Of a stretch of DNA of 64,000 nt, positions 47,633-57,151 are shown one piece after another. Source of the stretch: an uncultured Actinomycetes bacterium (GTDB taxonomy: Bacteria > Actinomycetota > Thermoleophilia > UBA2241); NCBI GenBank assembly GCA_963767005.1, contig CAVYCN010000012.1:64001-128000 (forward strand). Direction: 5' to 3'. The notes below the pieces were generated by a model. That model had not been told where the DNA came from, did not search any database, and saw only the letters and a list, made by a program, of their open reading frames with translations. Made by a program: the position numbers and the translations under genes. Numbering within the stretch: the first letter of the stretch is position 1; each line of letters starts with the position of its first letter.

Positions 47633-48265
47633 TCAGCCGGCCAGTGCCGGCCGCGAGATCGCGAAGATGGCGATACGCGCGGTGAAATTGGGCCGCCGCA
47701 GGGTACGGGCCGGGCGGTCGAAGCGGTCCAGATAGGCCTCGCGGATGATGTGCAGGCCCTCGCGGCGGCACAGGTCGCGGAAGTCGTTCACCGTGCACAG
47801 GTGGATGTTCGGCGTGTCATACCAGTGGTAGGGCAGCTCCTTGGAGACCGGCATGCGGCCCTGCGCGAAGAGCTGGCCGCGCACCGACCAGTGGGCGAAG
47901 TTCGGGAAGCTCACGATGGCGGAGCGCCCGACCCGCGCCATCTCGCGCACGAGCATGCGCGGCCGGCGCAGCTGCTGCAGGCTGAAGCTCAGGATGACCA
48001 CGTCGATCGAGCCGTCGAGGTAGTCGGCGAGGCCCTCGTCGAGGTCGCCGTGGAACACCGACAGGCCCCTGCCCACGCAGGCTTCGACCGCGGCCGGGTC
48101 GATCTCGACGCCGCTGCCCCGCACGTGCTTGTCGCGCACGAGCGCGGCGAGCAGCTCGCCGTCGCCGCAGCCCAGGTCGAGCACGGTGGCGCCATCGGGC
48201 ACCATCTCCTCGATCAGCCGGTAGTCGTAGCGGTCGAGGATCGTCGGCGCGCGCTCCGTCTCCAC
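47633..48265 (-). CDS. metW: Methionine biosynthesis protein MetW
   Basis: VLDLGCGDG, VSFPNFAHW, WYDTPNIHLCT. Confidence 0.93.
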   Translation of the reverse strand: METERAPTILDRYDYRLIEEMVPDGATVLDLGCGDGELLAALVRDKHVRGSGVEIDPAAVEACVGRGLSVFHGDLDEGLADYLDGSIDVVILSFSLQQLRRPRMLVREMARVGRSAIVSFPNFAHWSVRGQLFAQGRMPVSKELPYHWYDTPNIHLCTVNDFRDLCRREGLHIIREAYLDRFDRPARTLRRPNFTARIAIFAISRPALAG

Positions 48266-48269
48266 AGCT

Positions 48270-49508
48270 CTAGCCCTCCCCGTCCGCCGGCCACAACGAG
48301 GCGGCGCTGCTCGCCAGGAAGTTGGCGATCACGCCCTCCATCTTGAAGCGCTCGAGCAAGAACGAGTCGTGGCCGAAATCGGACTTCACTTCGTAGTAGC
48401 TCACGTGCTTATGGGTGGCGCGCAGGGCGCTCACGATCTCCTTGAGCTGGTAGGGCGGGTGGAGGCCGTCGCTCGTGAACGACATGGCCAGGAAACGCGC
48501 CTGTGTGTGACGCAACGCTTCGGCGAGACTTGCCTTGCCGCGCGTCAGGTCGAAGTAGTCGATCGCGCGCGTGATGTAGAGGTAGCTGTTCGCGTCGAAC
48601 CGGTCGGTGAAGGCCATGCCCTGGTAGTTCAGGTAGCTTTCGACCTCGAAGTCGGCCGAGAAGGTGAACGAGTAGTCGGGCAGCTCCTGCAGCCGGCGGC
48701 CGAACTTCTCGCGCATGGCGGCGTCGGAGAGATAGGTGACGTGACCGATCATGCGCGCCACCGACAGGCCGCGGCGCGGCAGGCGGTGGCCGTAGTAGTG
48801 GCCGCCACGCCAGTCGGGGTCGGCCATGATGGCCTGGCGACCGACCTCGTTGAAGGCGATAGCCTGGGGCGACTGCTGGGCGGCCGTGGCTACCGCGATC
48901 ACCGCCTGGACGCGCTCGGGGTAGGCGACGGCGAGCTGCAGGGCCTGCATGCCGCCCATCGAGCCCCCGATCGCGGCGAGCAGCCTGGGGATGCCGAGCT
49001 CGTCGAGCAGCAGCATCTGCACGTCGACCATGTCGGCGATCGTGACGATCGGAAAGTCGGTGCCGTACGGCTCGCCGGTGGCCGGGTCGGTGCTGCCCGG
49101 TCCGGTCGTGCCGCCGCAGCCTCCGAGCACGTTTGCGCAGATCACGAAGTAGCGGTCGGTGTCGAGCGCCTTGCCGGGACCAACCAGCATGTCCCACCAG
49201 CCCAGGCGCTCGTCGTCGGGCTTGTTGCGGCCGGCGACGTGGGCGTCGCCCGACAGCGCGTGCAGTACGAGGACGGCGTTGTCACGCCGCTCGGAGAGCG
49301 TGCCGTAAGTCTCGTAGGCGACCGTCACCGGCCCGAGGGTCTGACCGCCCTCAAGGACAAGGCGGTGCGGCGGCGCCGCGACCGTGACGAAGCGCGTCTC
49401 GACGATGCCGGCGGCGCCGGCCTGCGGATCGGCGACGATCGGCACGTCGCCGATCTGCGACGCGCCGGCGCCGGTCGCGGTCGAGCTGTCGCTGCGGGGC
49501 TTGGCCAT
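48270..49508 (-). CDS. metX: Homoserine O-acyltransferase
   Basis: HALSGD, GGSMGG, RFDANSY, GHDSFL. Confidence 0.95.
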   Translation of the reverse strand: MAKPRSDSSTATGAGASQIGDVPIVADPQAGAAGIVETRFVTVAAPPHRLVLEGGQTLGPVTVAYETYGTLSERRDNAVLVLHALSGDAHVAGRNKPDDERLGWWDMLVGPGKALDTDRYFVICANVLGGCGGTTGPGSTDPATGEPYGTDFPIVTIADMVDVQMLLLDELGIPRLLAAIGGSMGGMQALQLAVAYPERVQAVIAVATAAQQSPQAIAFNEVGRQAIMADPDWRGGHYYGHRLPRRGLSVARMIGHVTYLSDAAMREKFGRRLQELPDYSFTFSADFEVESYLNYQGMAFTDRFDANSYLYITRAIDYFDLTRGKASLAEALRHTQARFLAMSFTSDGLHPPYQLKEIVSALRATHKHVSYYEVKSDFGHDSFLLERFKMEGVIANFLASSAASLWPADGEG

Positions 49509-49570
49509 GAACGGATTCTATGCGGTCGAGGCGGCGGGGCGCCAAGGGCGCCCCGCCGCCTCACGCCCGG

Positions 49571-50866
49571 TCAGGACCTGGCGAGGGCCTGGTCGATGTC
49601 GGCGATGATGTCGTCGAGCGACTCGATGCCCACCGACAGGCGCACGAAATCGTCGGTCACGCCGGTCTCGAGCAGCTCGGCGGGGCCGAGCTGCGAGTGG
49701 GTCGTGGTCGCCGGGTGGATGACGAGCGACTTGGCGTCGCCGATGTTGGCGAGGTGCGAGAAGAGCTCGGTGCTCTCGACGAAGTGCCGGCCGGACTCGC
49801 GGCCACCCTTGATGCCGAAGCCGACGATGGCGCCGTAAAGGTCGCGGTGGTGGAGCCGGCGGGCGACGTCGTGCGAGCCGTGCGACGGCAGGCCCGGATA
49901 CGCCACCCACGTGACCTGCGGATGCGCCTCGAGGTGCCGAGCGACGGCCAGGGCGTTCGTGCTGTGACGCTCCATGCGCAGCGGCAGGGTCTCGAGCCCC
50001 TGCAGGAACAGGAATGCATTGAACGGCGACAGCGCGGCGCCGATGTCGCGCAGCAGGCTGACGCGCAGCTTGACGATGTAGGTGGCCGCCCCGAGCGCCT
50101 CGTAGAACCGAAAGCCGTGATAGCTCGCGTCGGGCTCGACCAAGCCCGGGAACTTGTCGTTCTGCGACCAGTCGAAGCGGCCGCCGTCGACGACCACGCC
50201 GCCGATCGACGTGCCGTGCCCGCCGATGAACTTGGTGGCGGAGTGGACCACGATGTCGGCGCCGTGGTCGAGCGGCCGGATCAGGTACGGAGTCGGCATC
50301 GTGTTGTCGACCACGAGCGGGATGCCGGCTTCGTGGGCGATCGCCGCGACGGCGTCGATGTCGAGCGTGTCGAGCTTGGGGTTGCCGACCGTCTCGGCGT
50401 AGAGCAGCTTGGTGGTCGGGCGGATCGCCCGCCGGAAGTTCTCGGGGTCGGCCGGGTCGACGAGCTCGACGTCGAGCCCGAACCGCGGCAGCGTGTGGAC
50501 GAACAGGTTGTAGGTGCCGCCGTACAGGCTGTTCGCGCTGACCACGTGGTCGCCGGCGCCGGCGATGTTGAGGATGGCGAAGGTCACCGCCGCCGAGCCC
50601 GATGAGAAGGCGAGGGCGCCGACGCCGCCCTCGAGCGCGGCGATCCGCTGCTCGAAGACGTCGTTCGTCGGGTTCATGATGCGCGTGTAGATGTTGCCGA
50701 ACTCGCGCAGCCCGAACAGGTCGGCGGCGTGGTCGGCGTCGTTGAACACGTACGACGTCGTCTGGTAGATCGGGACGGCGCGCGCGTTGGTCGTGGGGTC
50801 GGGCTTCTGACCGCCGTGCAGGGCGAGCGTCTCGAAGCCGGGGGTCGTCTGTTTCAGGTCGGTCAT
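49571..50866 (-). CDS. metY: O-acetylhomoserine sulfhydrylase
   Basis: [30 protein letters not shown]. Confidence 0.95.
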   Translation of the reverse strand: MTDLKQTTPGFETLALHGGQKPDPTTNARAVPIYQTTSYVFNDADHAADLFGLREFGNIYTRIMNPTNDVFEQRIAALEGGVGALAFSSGSAAVTFAILNIAGAGDHVVSANSLYGGTYNLFVHTLPRFGLDVELVDPADPENFRRAIRPTTKLLYAETVGNPKLDTLDIDAVAAIAHEAGIPLVVDNTMPTPYLIRPLDHGADIVVHSATKFIGGHGTSIGGVVVDGGRFDWSQNDKFPGLVEPDASYHGFRFYEALGAATYIVKLRVSLLRDIGAALSPFNAFLFLQGLETLPLRMERHSTNALAVARHLEAHPQVTWVAYPGLPSHGSHDVARRLHHRDLYGAIVGFGIKGGRESGRHFVESTELFSHLANIGDAKSLVIHPATTTHSQLGPAELLETGVTDDFVRLSVGIESLDDIIADIDQALARS

Positions 50867-50893
50867 TGGTCGCTCCAGGAAGTTCGAGGGTGC

Positions 50894-51307
50894 TCAGATG
50901 GCGTAGGTCTGCGCCGACCGCGCGCGTTCCGCGGCCGCGCCGATCGTGGCGCCGGCCAGGACCCGGTCGACCGCCTGCCGCACGTCGCGCCACACGGGCT
51001 CGACGAGGGCGTCGGCCTGGCCGGCGCGGGGCATTCGCACCGCCTCGAAGGGCCCGTCGACGAGTTCCCGCACCTCTGCGAAGGTCATAGCGTCGGGCGA
51101 CCGGGCGAGCAGGTAGCCGCCGTTCTTGCCTCGCATGCTCGACACGAAGCCACCCTGGCGCAGGTCGTGCATGATCTGCTCGAGATACTTGCCGGGGATG
51201 CCGCCGAAGGCCGCGATGTCGCGCGACTGGACCGGAGCGCCGCCGTACGAGAGCGCGAGGCGTACGAGCGCCTTGATCGCGTAGTGACACCTGGTCGAGA
51301 TGTGCAC
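50894..51307 (-). CDS. Rrf2-family regulator lacking the Fe-S Cys triad (CymR-like)
   Basis: YLEQI..L...G.V.S.RGKNGGY.LAR. Confidence 0.9.
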   Translation of the reverse strand: MHISTRCHYAIKALVRLALSYGGAPVQSRDIAAFGGIPGKYLEQIMHDLRQGGFVSSMRGKNGGYLLARSPDAMTFAEVRELVDGPFEAVRMPRAGQADALVEPVWRDVRQAVDRVLAGATIGAAAERARSAQTYAI

Positions 51308-51429
51308 CGCTTTGTCCTTCTTTCCTAGAGAGTTTGCGCACTTTATCTCACGAGATCGGCTCGGTCAACCGCGTGCTCCGCGATGAGATAATGCCGGCAA
51401 GGAGCCGGGCGCACCGCCCCGGAGACGCC

Positions 51430-52383
51430 GTGGACGACGACTACACAGACAAGCGACGACCCAGGGTCGCGGGGATCCTTGAGCGCGAGCTACCCGGCCT
51501 GCAGCGCGCCGTGCCGATCGCGCAGCACTGCGCCTACCGGGTGGGCGGCCCCGCCGAGTACCTCATCGTCGCCACACGCACAGAGGACCTGCGCCACGCC
51601 GTGGTCGTCGGCCGTGAGCTCGGCCTCGCCGTCACCGTGCTCGGCCAGGCGACCAACGTGCTCGTGAGCGACCGTGGCGTCGCGGGCCTCGTCGTGCTCG
51701 CCCGCAACGACCGCACGCGGCTCGACGGCGAGCTGTTCACGGCCGGCGCCGGCGCCCTGCTGCCCGAGGTCGTCGGCGACCTCGCCCGGCGCGGCCTCGC
51801 CGGCCTCGAGTTCGCGGGCAACATCCCGGGGTCGGTCGGCGGCGCCGTCGTCGGAAACGCCGGCGCCTACGGGCGCGCCGTGGGCGACGCTCTCGTGCGC
51901 GCCCGCGTGCTGGCCGCCGGCCGCGAGCATCTGGCGCAGCCGGCCGACCTCGCCCTCGGCTATCGCACGAGCGGACTCAAGGGCGATCACGACGCGGTCG
52001 TGCTCGAGGCGACGTTCGCGCTGCGGACCGGCCAGGCCGACGCCCTGCTTGCCGAGATCGCCCGCGACGCGGAGCTGCGCCGCGGCAAGCATCCGCTCGA
52101 CTACGCGTCGTGCGGCAGCTACTTCAAGAACCCGTCCCGCGAGGTGCCCGCGGCGAAGCTGATCGACGAGGCCGGCCTCAAGGGCATGCGCCTGGGCCGC
52201 GCCGAAGTGAGCCGCCAGCACGCCAACTTCATCGTCGCCCACGCCGGCGCCGGGGCCGAGGACATCAGGCGCGTGGCCGACGAGGTGCGGCGCCGCGTCT
52301 TCGAGCGCTCCGGCGTGCGTCTCGAGGAAGAGGTCGTCCTGCTCGGCTTCGACGAGCCGGCGCGTCCCGGCGTGGCCTCCTAG
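51430..52383 (+). CDS. murB: UDP-N-acetylenolpyruvoylglucosamine reductase
   Basis: RVGGPA, IPGSVGGA..NAGAYG, GSYFKNP, HANFIV. Confidence 0.93.
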   Translation: MDDDYTDKRRPRVAGILERELPGLQRAVPIAQHCAYRVGGPAEYLIVATRTEDLRHAVVVGRELGLAVTVLGQATNVLVSDRGVAGLVVLARNDRTRLDGELFTAGAGALLPEVVGDLARRGLAGLEFAGNIPGSVGGAVVGNAGAYGRAVGDALVRARVLAAGREHLAQPADLALGYRTSGLKGDHDAVVLEATFALRTGQADALLAEIARDAELRRGKHPLDYASCGSYFKNPSREVPAAKLIDEAGLKGMRLGRAEVSRQHANFIVAHAGAGAEDIRRVADEVRRRVFERSGVRLEEEVVLLGFDEPARPGVAS

Positions 52384-52417
52384 CCGCAGCGCTATACTGG
52401 CGCCGTCGGGGCGCCGC

Positions 52418-52444
52418 GAACCTTCCGCGGCGGCCGTTGCGTCT
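52418..52444 (+). promoter_or_regulatory. ECF-sigma promoter (probably autoregulatory)
   Basis: GAACC-N17-CGTCT. Confidence 0.65.
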
Positions 52445-52465
52445 CCCTGGACGAGGAGGACGAGG

Positions 52466-53071
52466 ATCGAAGCCCTTCCCCCGGGTCTGCTCGAGCGCCT
52501 ACGGCGCGGCACGCCCGAGGCGCGCGCCGAGTTCTTTCGCCGGTACGCGCCGCGTGCCCGCGAGATCCTCTTCCTGCAGGGCATGTGCGACGACGTCGAC
52601 GACGGCGTCCAGGAGGTGTTCGTCAAGGTGTTCCGCGCGACGCTGCCGGGCGAGGAGACCTTCCTGGGCTGGTTCTACCAGGTGATCGTCAACACGGGGC
52701 GCGACCTCGGTCGGCGGCGCGGCAGCCGCCTGCGGCTCCTGCGCCGCCTCACCGACACGGCGCCGTCCGACCTGGCCCCAGCCCCCGAGCCGCCGAGCGG
52801 CGACCGCCGGCTGCGCGAGGCCCTGCAGGGCCTCGCTCCCGAGTTTCGCGAGACCGTCGCCCTGCGCTTCCTGGCCGACCTCTCGCTCGACGAGATCGCC
52901 GCCTGCCAGGGCGTACCGACCGGCACCGTGAAATCGCGCCTGCATACCGCGCTCGCCCGCCTGCGGACGGCGCTGTCCGGCCCGGCGGCGACGCCTGGCC
53001 CCGACGTTCAACGGCAGGGGACTAGCCTCGCCGATTCGGGGGATATGGCGCTTGAGGTCCCCGATCCGTGA
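52466..53071 (+). CDS. ECF sigma factor (probable ATC start)
   Basis: DDGVQEVF, GWFYQV, SLDEIA...GTVKSRL; the N-terminal helix extends upstream of ATG 52583. Confidence 0.85.
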   Translation: MEALPPGLLERLRRGTPEARAEFFRRYAPRAREILFLQGMCDDVDDGVQEVFVKVFRATLPGEETFLGWFYQVIVNTGRDLGRRRGSRLRLLRRLTDTAPSDLAPAPEPPSGDRRLREALQGLAPEFRETVALRFLADLSLDEIAACQGVPTGTVKSRLHTALARLRTALSGPAATPGPDVQRQGTSLADSGDMALEVPDP

Positions 53072-53862
53072 GCGATTTGCACGACAACCAGCGCGCGGCT
53101 TTCGACGACGACCGTCTGCTCGACTTCGCCCTCGGCCTCGAGGACGATCCGGAGCTCGCGGCGGCGTTGTCGCAGTCGGCGCGCCTGCGCGAGCGCCTTG
53201 CCGACCTCAAGTCCGACCTCGCCGCGATCGACAGCGAGCTGCGGCGTTGCGTGCCGGCCGTCGACGACAGCTGGGCCGAGCCTGCCGGCGCGGGTTGGCC
53301 GCGCCTGCGCGCCGCCTTCGGGCTGCGGCCCGCCACGCGGCCGGCCGGCTGGCGCGGCCGCCGCCTCGTCACGGCCCTGGTGGCCGCCGCCCTCCTCGTG
53401 GCCGTGGTGATCGGCACCGTCGTCGTGCTGCCGCGCGGCGGCTCGAACACTACCTTCAGCGGCTCCGAGAAGAACGCCCCGGCGCCGGCCGTCCATGCGG
53501 CCGGCGCCGCGGCGGGAACCGCCCAGCCGGCGGTGATCGCGACGAAGGCCGCGGGCTACGCGGTGGTCGCCGTGGTGCGCGTCGGTCCGCTGCGCGGCGC
53601 GAGCCAGTCATACACCGTGGTGCGCCGCCTCAAGGGCCGGCCGCCGGCGGTCTTCACGCTCGTGCTCCAGGCCATCGACAACGCGCCCCAGGCCGGCTCC
53701 CTGGCGATCGCATACCTCGACCCCGTCGCCACGTTCGCGCCGAGCGCGGCGGGCTCCTCGTCGGCGACGACGCCGGCGCCGTTCACGCTCGCCGGCCGGG
53801 CGGCGCTCGTGAGCGCGCTGCCGGCCGGCGCCCCGGCCGCGTCGGTACGCCTGCCCCGCTAG
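53068..53862 (+). CDS. Putative membrane-anchored anti-sigma factor
   Basis: GTGA overlap with the sigma gene, N-terminal helical domain, single TM. Confidence 0.65.
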   Translation: MSDLHDNQRAAFDDDRLLDFALGLEDDPELAAALSQSARLRERLADLKSDLAAIDSELRRCVPAVDDSWAEPAGAGWPRLRAAFGLRPATRPAGWRGRRLVTALVAAALLVAVVIGTVVVLPRGGSNTTFSGSEKNAPAPAVHAAGAAAGTAQPAVIATKAAGYAVVAVVRVGPLRGASQSYTVVRRLKGRPPAVFTLVLQAIDNAPQAGSLAIAYLDPVATFAPSAAGSSSATTPAPFTLAGRAALVSALPAGAPAASVRLPR

Positions 53863-53982
53863 TCCGTCGAATGACTTCGTCGTCGGCCGCTCAGGCCGGC
53901 GTGACGTCGGCGCGCCCCCAGTGGGCGGGCCAGCCGCCCCGGGTCCTGGCGTTCGACGCGTCCCGCGGTGTATAAGACGCCC

Positions 53983-54753
53983 ATGCCGGACCTTCTGACG
54001 GGCAAGAACGTGCTGGTGATGGGCGTCGCCAACCAGCGCAGCATCGCGTGGGCGGTGGCCCGCGCCGTGCTCGCCCACGACGGCCGCCTGGCGCTCACCT
54101 ACCAGTCCGAGCGCAACCGCCCGCGGCTCGAGCGGCTGCTCGCCACCGTCGGCGCCGACGTACCGCTGATCGCCTGCGACGTGACGAGCGACGGCGGCGT
54201 CGCCAAGGCGATGCGCGCCGTCGCCGAGCGCATGCCGGTGCTGCACGGGCTCGTGCACAGCGTCGCCTACGCACCGGCCGAAGACCTGCAGGGCAGCTTC
54301 GTCGAGACCACCCGCGACGGCTTCGCGGTGGCCAACGACGTGAGCTCGTACAGCCTGATAGCGGCGGCGCGCGAAGCGCGCCGCCTCATGGCGCAGGGCG
54401 GCGCGATCGTGACCATGACCTACGCCGGCTCGCACCGGGTCGTCCCCAACTACAACGTGATGGGACCGGCCAAAGCGTCGCTCGAGGCCAGCGTCCGGTA
54501 CCTGGCGGCCGACCTCGGGCCGGCCGAGATCCGCGTGAACGCCGTCTCGGCCGGCCCGATCCACACGGTCGCCGCGCGCAGCATCAAGGACTTCGCCGGC
54601 ATGCTCGACCTGCTCCAGACCCACACGCCGCTGCGGCGCAACGTCACGGCCGACGAGGTGGCCGACGCGACCGTCTTTCTGCTCTCGGACCTGTCGCGCG
54701 CGATCACCGGCGAGATCGTCCACGTCGACGCCGGCGCCCACGCGGTCACCTAG
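53983..54753 (+). CDS. fabI: Enoyl-ACP reductase
   Basis: GVANQRSIAW, YNVMGPAKASLE, SAGPI. Confidence 0.93.
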   Translation: MPDLLTGKNVLVMGVANQRSIAWAVARAVLAHDGRLALTYQSERNRPRLERLLATVGADVPLIACDVTSDGGVAKAMRAVAERMPVLHGLVHSVAYAPAEDLQGSFVETTRDGFAVANDVSSYSLIAAAREARRLMAQGGAIVTMTYAGSHRVVPNYNVMGPAKASLEASVRYLAADLGPAEIRVNAVSAGPIHTVAARSIKDFAGMLDLLQTHTPLRRNVTADEVADATVFLLSDLSRAITGEIVHVDAGAHAVT

Positions 54754-54873
54754 ACTCCCGCGGCGCGCGTTCCCCGCAGTCGACCACCCTGCCGCGAACG
54801 CCGAGTATTTGCATACTTGCTCGATTCGCGCTAATTTGCGACAGTATCGCTCACAACAAGCGAGGAGCCGGTC

Positions 54874-56166
54874 GTGACACGGATCGTCTTCATCGGCGCC
54901 GGCAGCGTCGAGTTCACGCGCAACCTCCTGGGCGACATCCTCACGTTTCCCGAGCTCGCCGACGCGACCATCGTGCTGCACGACATCGACGCGCAGCGGC
55001 TCGAGACGGCGGCGGCGATGGCGCGCTGGACGAACGCCGCCGTCGGGGCCCACGCCACGATCGAGGCGAGCCTCGACCGGCGCGCCGCGCTCGACGGCGC
55101 CGACTTCGCCATCAACACGATCGAGGTCGGCGGCATCGCCGCGACCCGTCTCGACTTCGACATCCCAGAGCGCTACGGGCTGCGCCAGACGATCGGCGAC
55201 ACGCTCGGGGTCGGCGCCGTGTTCCGCGCGCTGCGCACCATCCCGGTGCTGCTCTCGATCGGCCGCGACATGGCCGAGCTGTGCCCGCACGCCTGGCTGC
55301 TCAACTACACCAACCCCATGGCCATGAACTGCTGGGCCTACGACGCAGGCTCGCCGCACAAGCGCATCGTGGGCCTGTGCCACTCCATCCAGAACACGAG
55401 CCGCCAGGTCGCCGAGTACGTCGGCGTGCCGTTCGACGAGGTGACCTTCGTCGGCGCCGGCGTGAACCACATGGCGTGGGTGCTGCGGCTCGAGCGCGAC
55501 GGGCACGACCTCTACCCGTTGCTCGACGCCGCGATCGCCGCCGACCCCGAGGGCCTCGGCCGGCACGTCCGCGTCCAGATCTACCGCACCTTCGGCTACT
55601 TCCCGACCGAATCGAGCGAGCACTTCGCCGAGTATGTCCCCTGGTTCATGCGCGACGACGCCGAGATCGCGCGCCTGCGGATCCCGGTGCGCGAGTACAT
55701 CGCGCGCAGCGAGGAGAACATCGGCTTCTACGAAGAGGAGCGGCGCAAGCTCGCCGCCGGCGAGCCGTTCGAGATCGAGCGCAGCCTCGAGTACGCCTCG
55801 CTCATCGTCCACTCGATCGTCACCGGCACCGAGCGGGCGATCTACGGGAACGTGCGCAACGCCGGCCTCATCACCAACCTGCCCGAGGGCGCGTGTGTCG
55901 AGGTGCCGTGTCTCGTCGATCGCACCGGCGTGCAGCCGGTCGTGGTGGGCGAGTTGCCGGCGCAATGCGCCGCACTCGATCGCACGTTCCTGAACGTCGC
56001 CGAGCTGACGGTGCGTGCCGCGCTCGAGGGAAGCCGGGACCATGTCCTGCAGGCAGTCCTGCTCGACCCCAACGCCGGCGCCACCCTGTCGCTGGCGGCG
56101 GCCGGCGCGCTTGTCGACGAGATGCTGGCCGCGCACCGCGCGGCGCTGCCCGACGCGCTGAAGTAG
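54874..56166 (+). CDS. melA: GH4 NAD+/Mn2+-dependent alpha-galactosidase-like glycosidase
   Basis: FIGAGS, QTIGDTLG, NYTNP, GLCHS, GVNH, TESSEH. Confidence 0.9.
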   Translation: MTRIVFIGAGSVEFTRNLLGDILTFPELADATIVLHDIDAQRLETAAAMARWTNAAVGAHATIEASLDRRAALDGADFAINTIEVGGIAATRLDFDIPERYGLRQTIGDTLGVGAVFRALRTIPVLLSIGRDMAELCPHAWLLNYTNPMAMNCWAYDAGSPHKRIVGLCHSIQNTSRQVAEYVGVPFDEVTFVGAGVNHMAWVLRLERDGHDLYPLLDAAIAADPEGLGRHVRVQIYRTFGYFPTESSEHFAEYVPWFMRDDAEIARLRIPVREYIARSEENIGFYEEERRKLAAGEPFEIERSLEYASLIVHSIVTGTERAIYGNVRNAGLITNLPEGACVEVPCLVDRTGVQPVVVGELPAQCAALDRTFLNVAELTVRAALEGSRDHVLQAVLLDPNAGATLSLAAAGALVDEMLAAHRAALPDALK

Positions 56167-56172
56167 GCGACC

Positions 56173-57135
56173 GTGCCCGCCGGTCCCCGGTTCGACCTGC
56201 TCGTGGTCGGCGATCTCAACCCCGACGTCGTGATGGCCGACCTGCCGCCGCGCCTGCGGTTCGGGCAGCGCGAGCAGCTCGTGGCCCGGGGGGCGCTCAC
56301 CGTGGGCGGCTCGGCCGGCATCGTCGCCTGCGGCGCCGCGCGGCTGGGCCTGCGCACCGCCCTGGTGTCGGCGGTCGGCGACGACGAGGCCGGCCGGCTG
56401 CTGCTGACCCTGCTCGGCGAGCGCGGCGTCGACACCCGCGGTTGCCACGTCATCGACGCCGCGCCGACCGGTCTCACCGTCTGCCTCGTGCGCGGCGACG
56501 ACCGCGCCATCGTGACCGCTCCCGGCTGCGTCGCCCGGCTCGACGGCGCCATGGTCGACCGTGACCTTCTTGGGGCGGCGCGCCACCTGCACGTCGCCTC
56601 GCCGTTTCTGCAGCCGCTCCTTGCGGCCGGGCTACGGGCGCTGCTCGACGAGGCCCGCGGCGCCGGTCTCGGCACGTCGCTCGACTGCAACGACGACCCT
56701 ACCGACGTCTGGGACGCCGGCGTGCCGGACGCCCTGCCCGCCGTCGACGTGCTCTTCGCCAGCGGGCGCGAGGCGCTCGCGCTGACCGGGCGACGGGGCG
56801 CGCTGGGGCCCGCGCTCGAAGGCCTCGCGGCTCGCGGCCCGCTGCCGGTCGTCAAGCTCGGCGGCCGCGGTGCCGTGATCCTGCGCGACGGCGAGACGAC
56901 GACGCTGCCGGCGCTGCCCGTCGATGCGCTCGACGCGGTCGGCGCCGGCGACGGCTTCGCCGCCGGCTTCCTGTACGGACGGCTGAGCGGCGCCGACGCC
57001 GTGCGTTGCCTCGCGCTCGGCGTGGCGTGCGGCTCGCTCTCGACGCGGCGGCACGGCGGCGTCAGCGCCCAGGCGACGCTCGACGAGGCGGAGCGCGGCG
57101 CCGACGCCGTGCTGGCCGCAGCGGCGCGCGCGTGA
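56173..57135 (+). CDS. PfkB-family sugar kinase
   Basis: GGSAG, VGDD, DAVGAGDGFAAG. Confidence 0.9.
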   Translation: MPAGPRFDLLVVGDLNPDVVMADLPPRLRFGQREQLVARGALTVGGSAGIVACGAARLGLRTALVSAVGDDEAGRLLLTLLGERGVDTRGCHVIDAAPTGLTVCLVRGDDRAIVTAPGCVARLDGAMVDRDLLGAARHLHVASPFLQPLLAAGLRALLDEARGAGLGTSLDCNDDPTDVWDAGVPDALPAVDVLFASGREALALTGRRGALGPALEGLAARGPLPVVKLGGRGAVILRDGETTTLPALPVDALDAVGAGDGFAAGFLYGRLSGADAVRCLALGVACGSLSTRRHGGVSAQATLDEAERGADAVLAAAARA

Positions 57136-57151
57136 GCGTGCGCGCTCGGCG

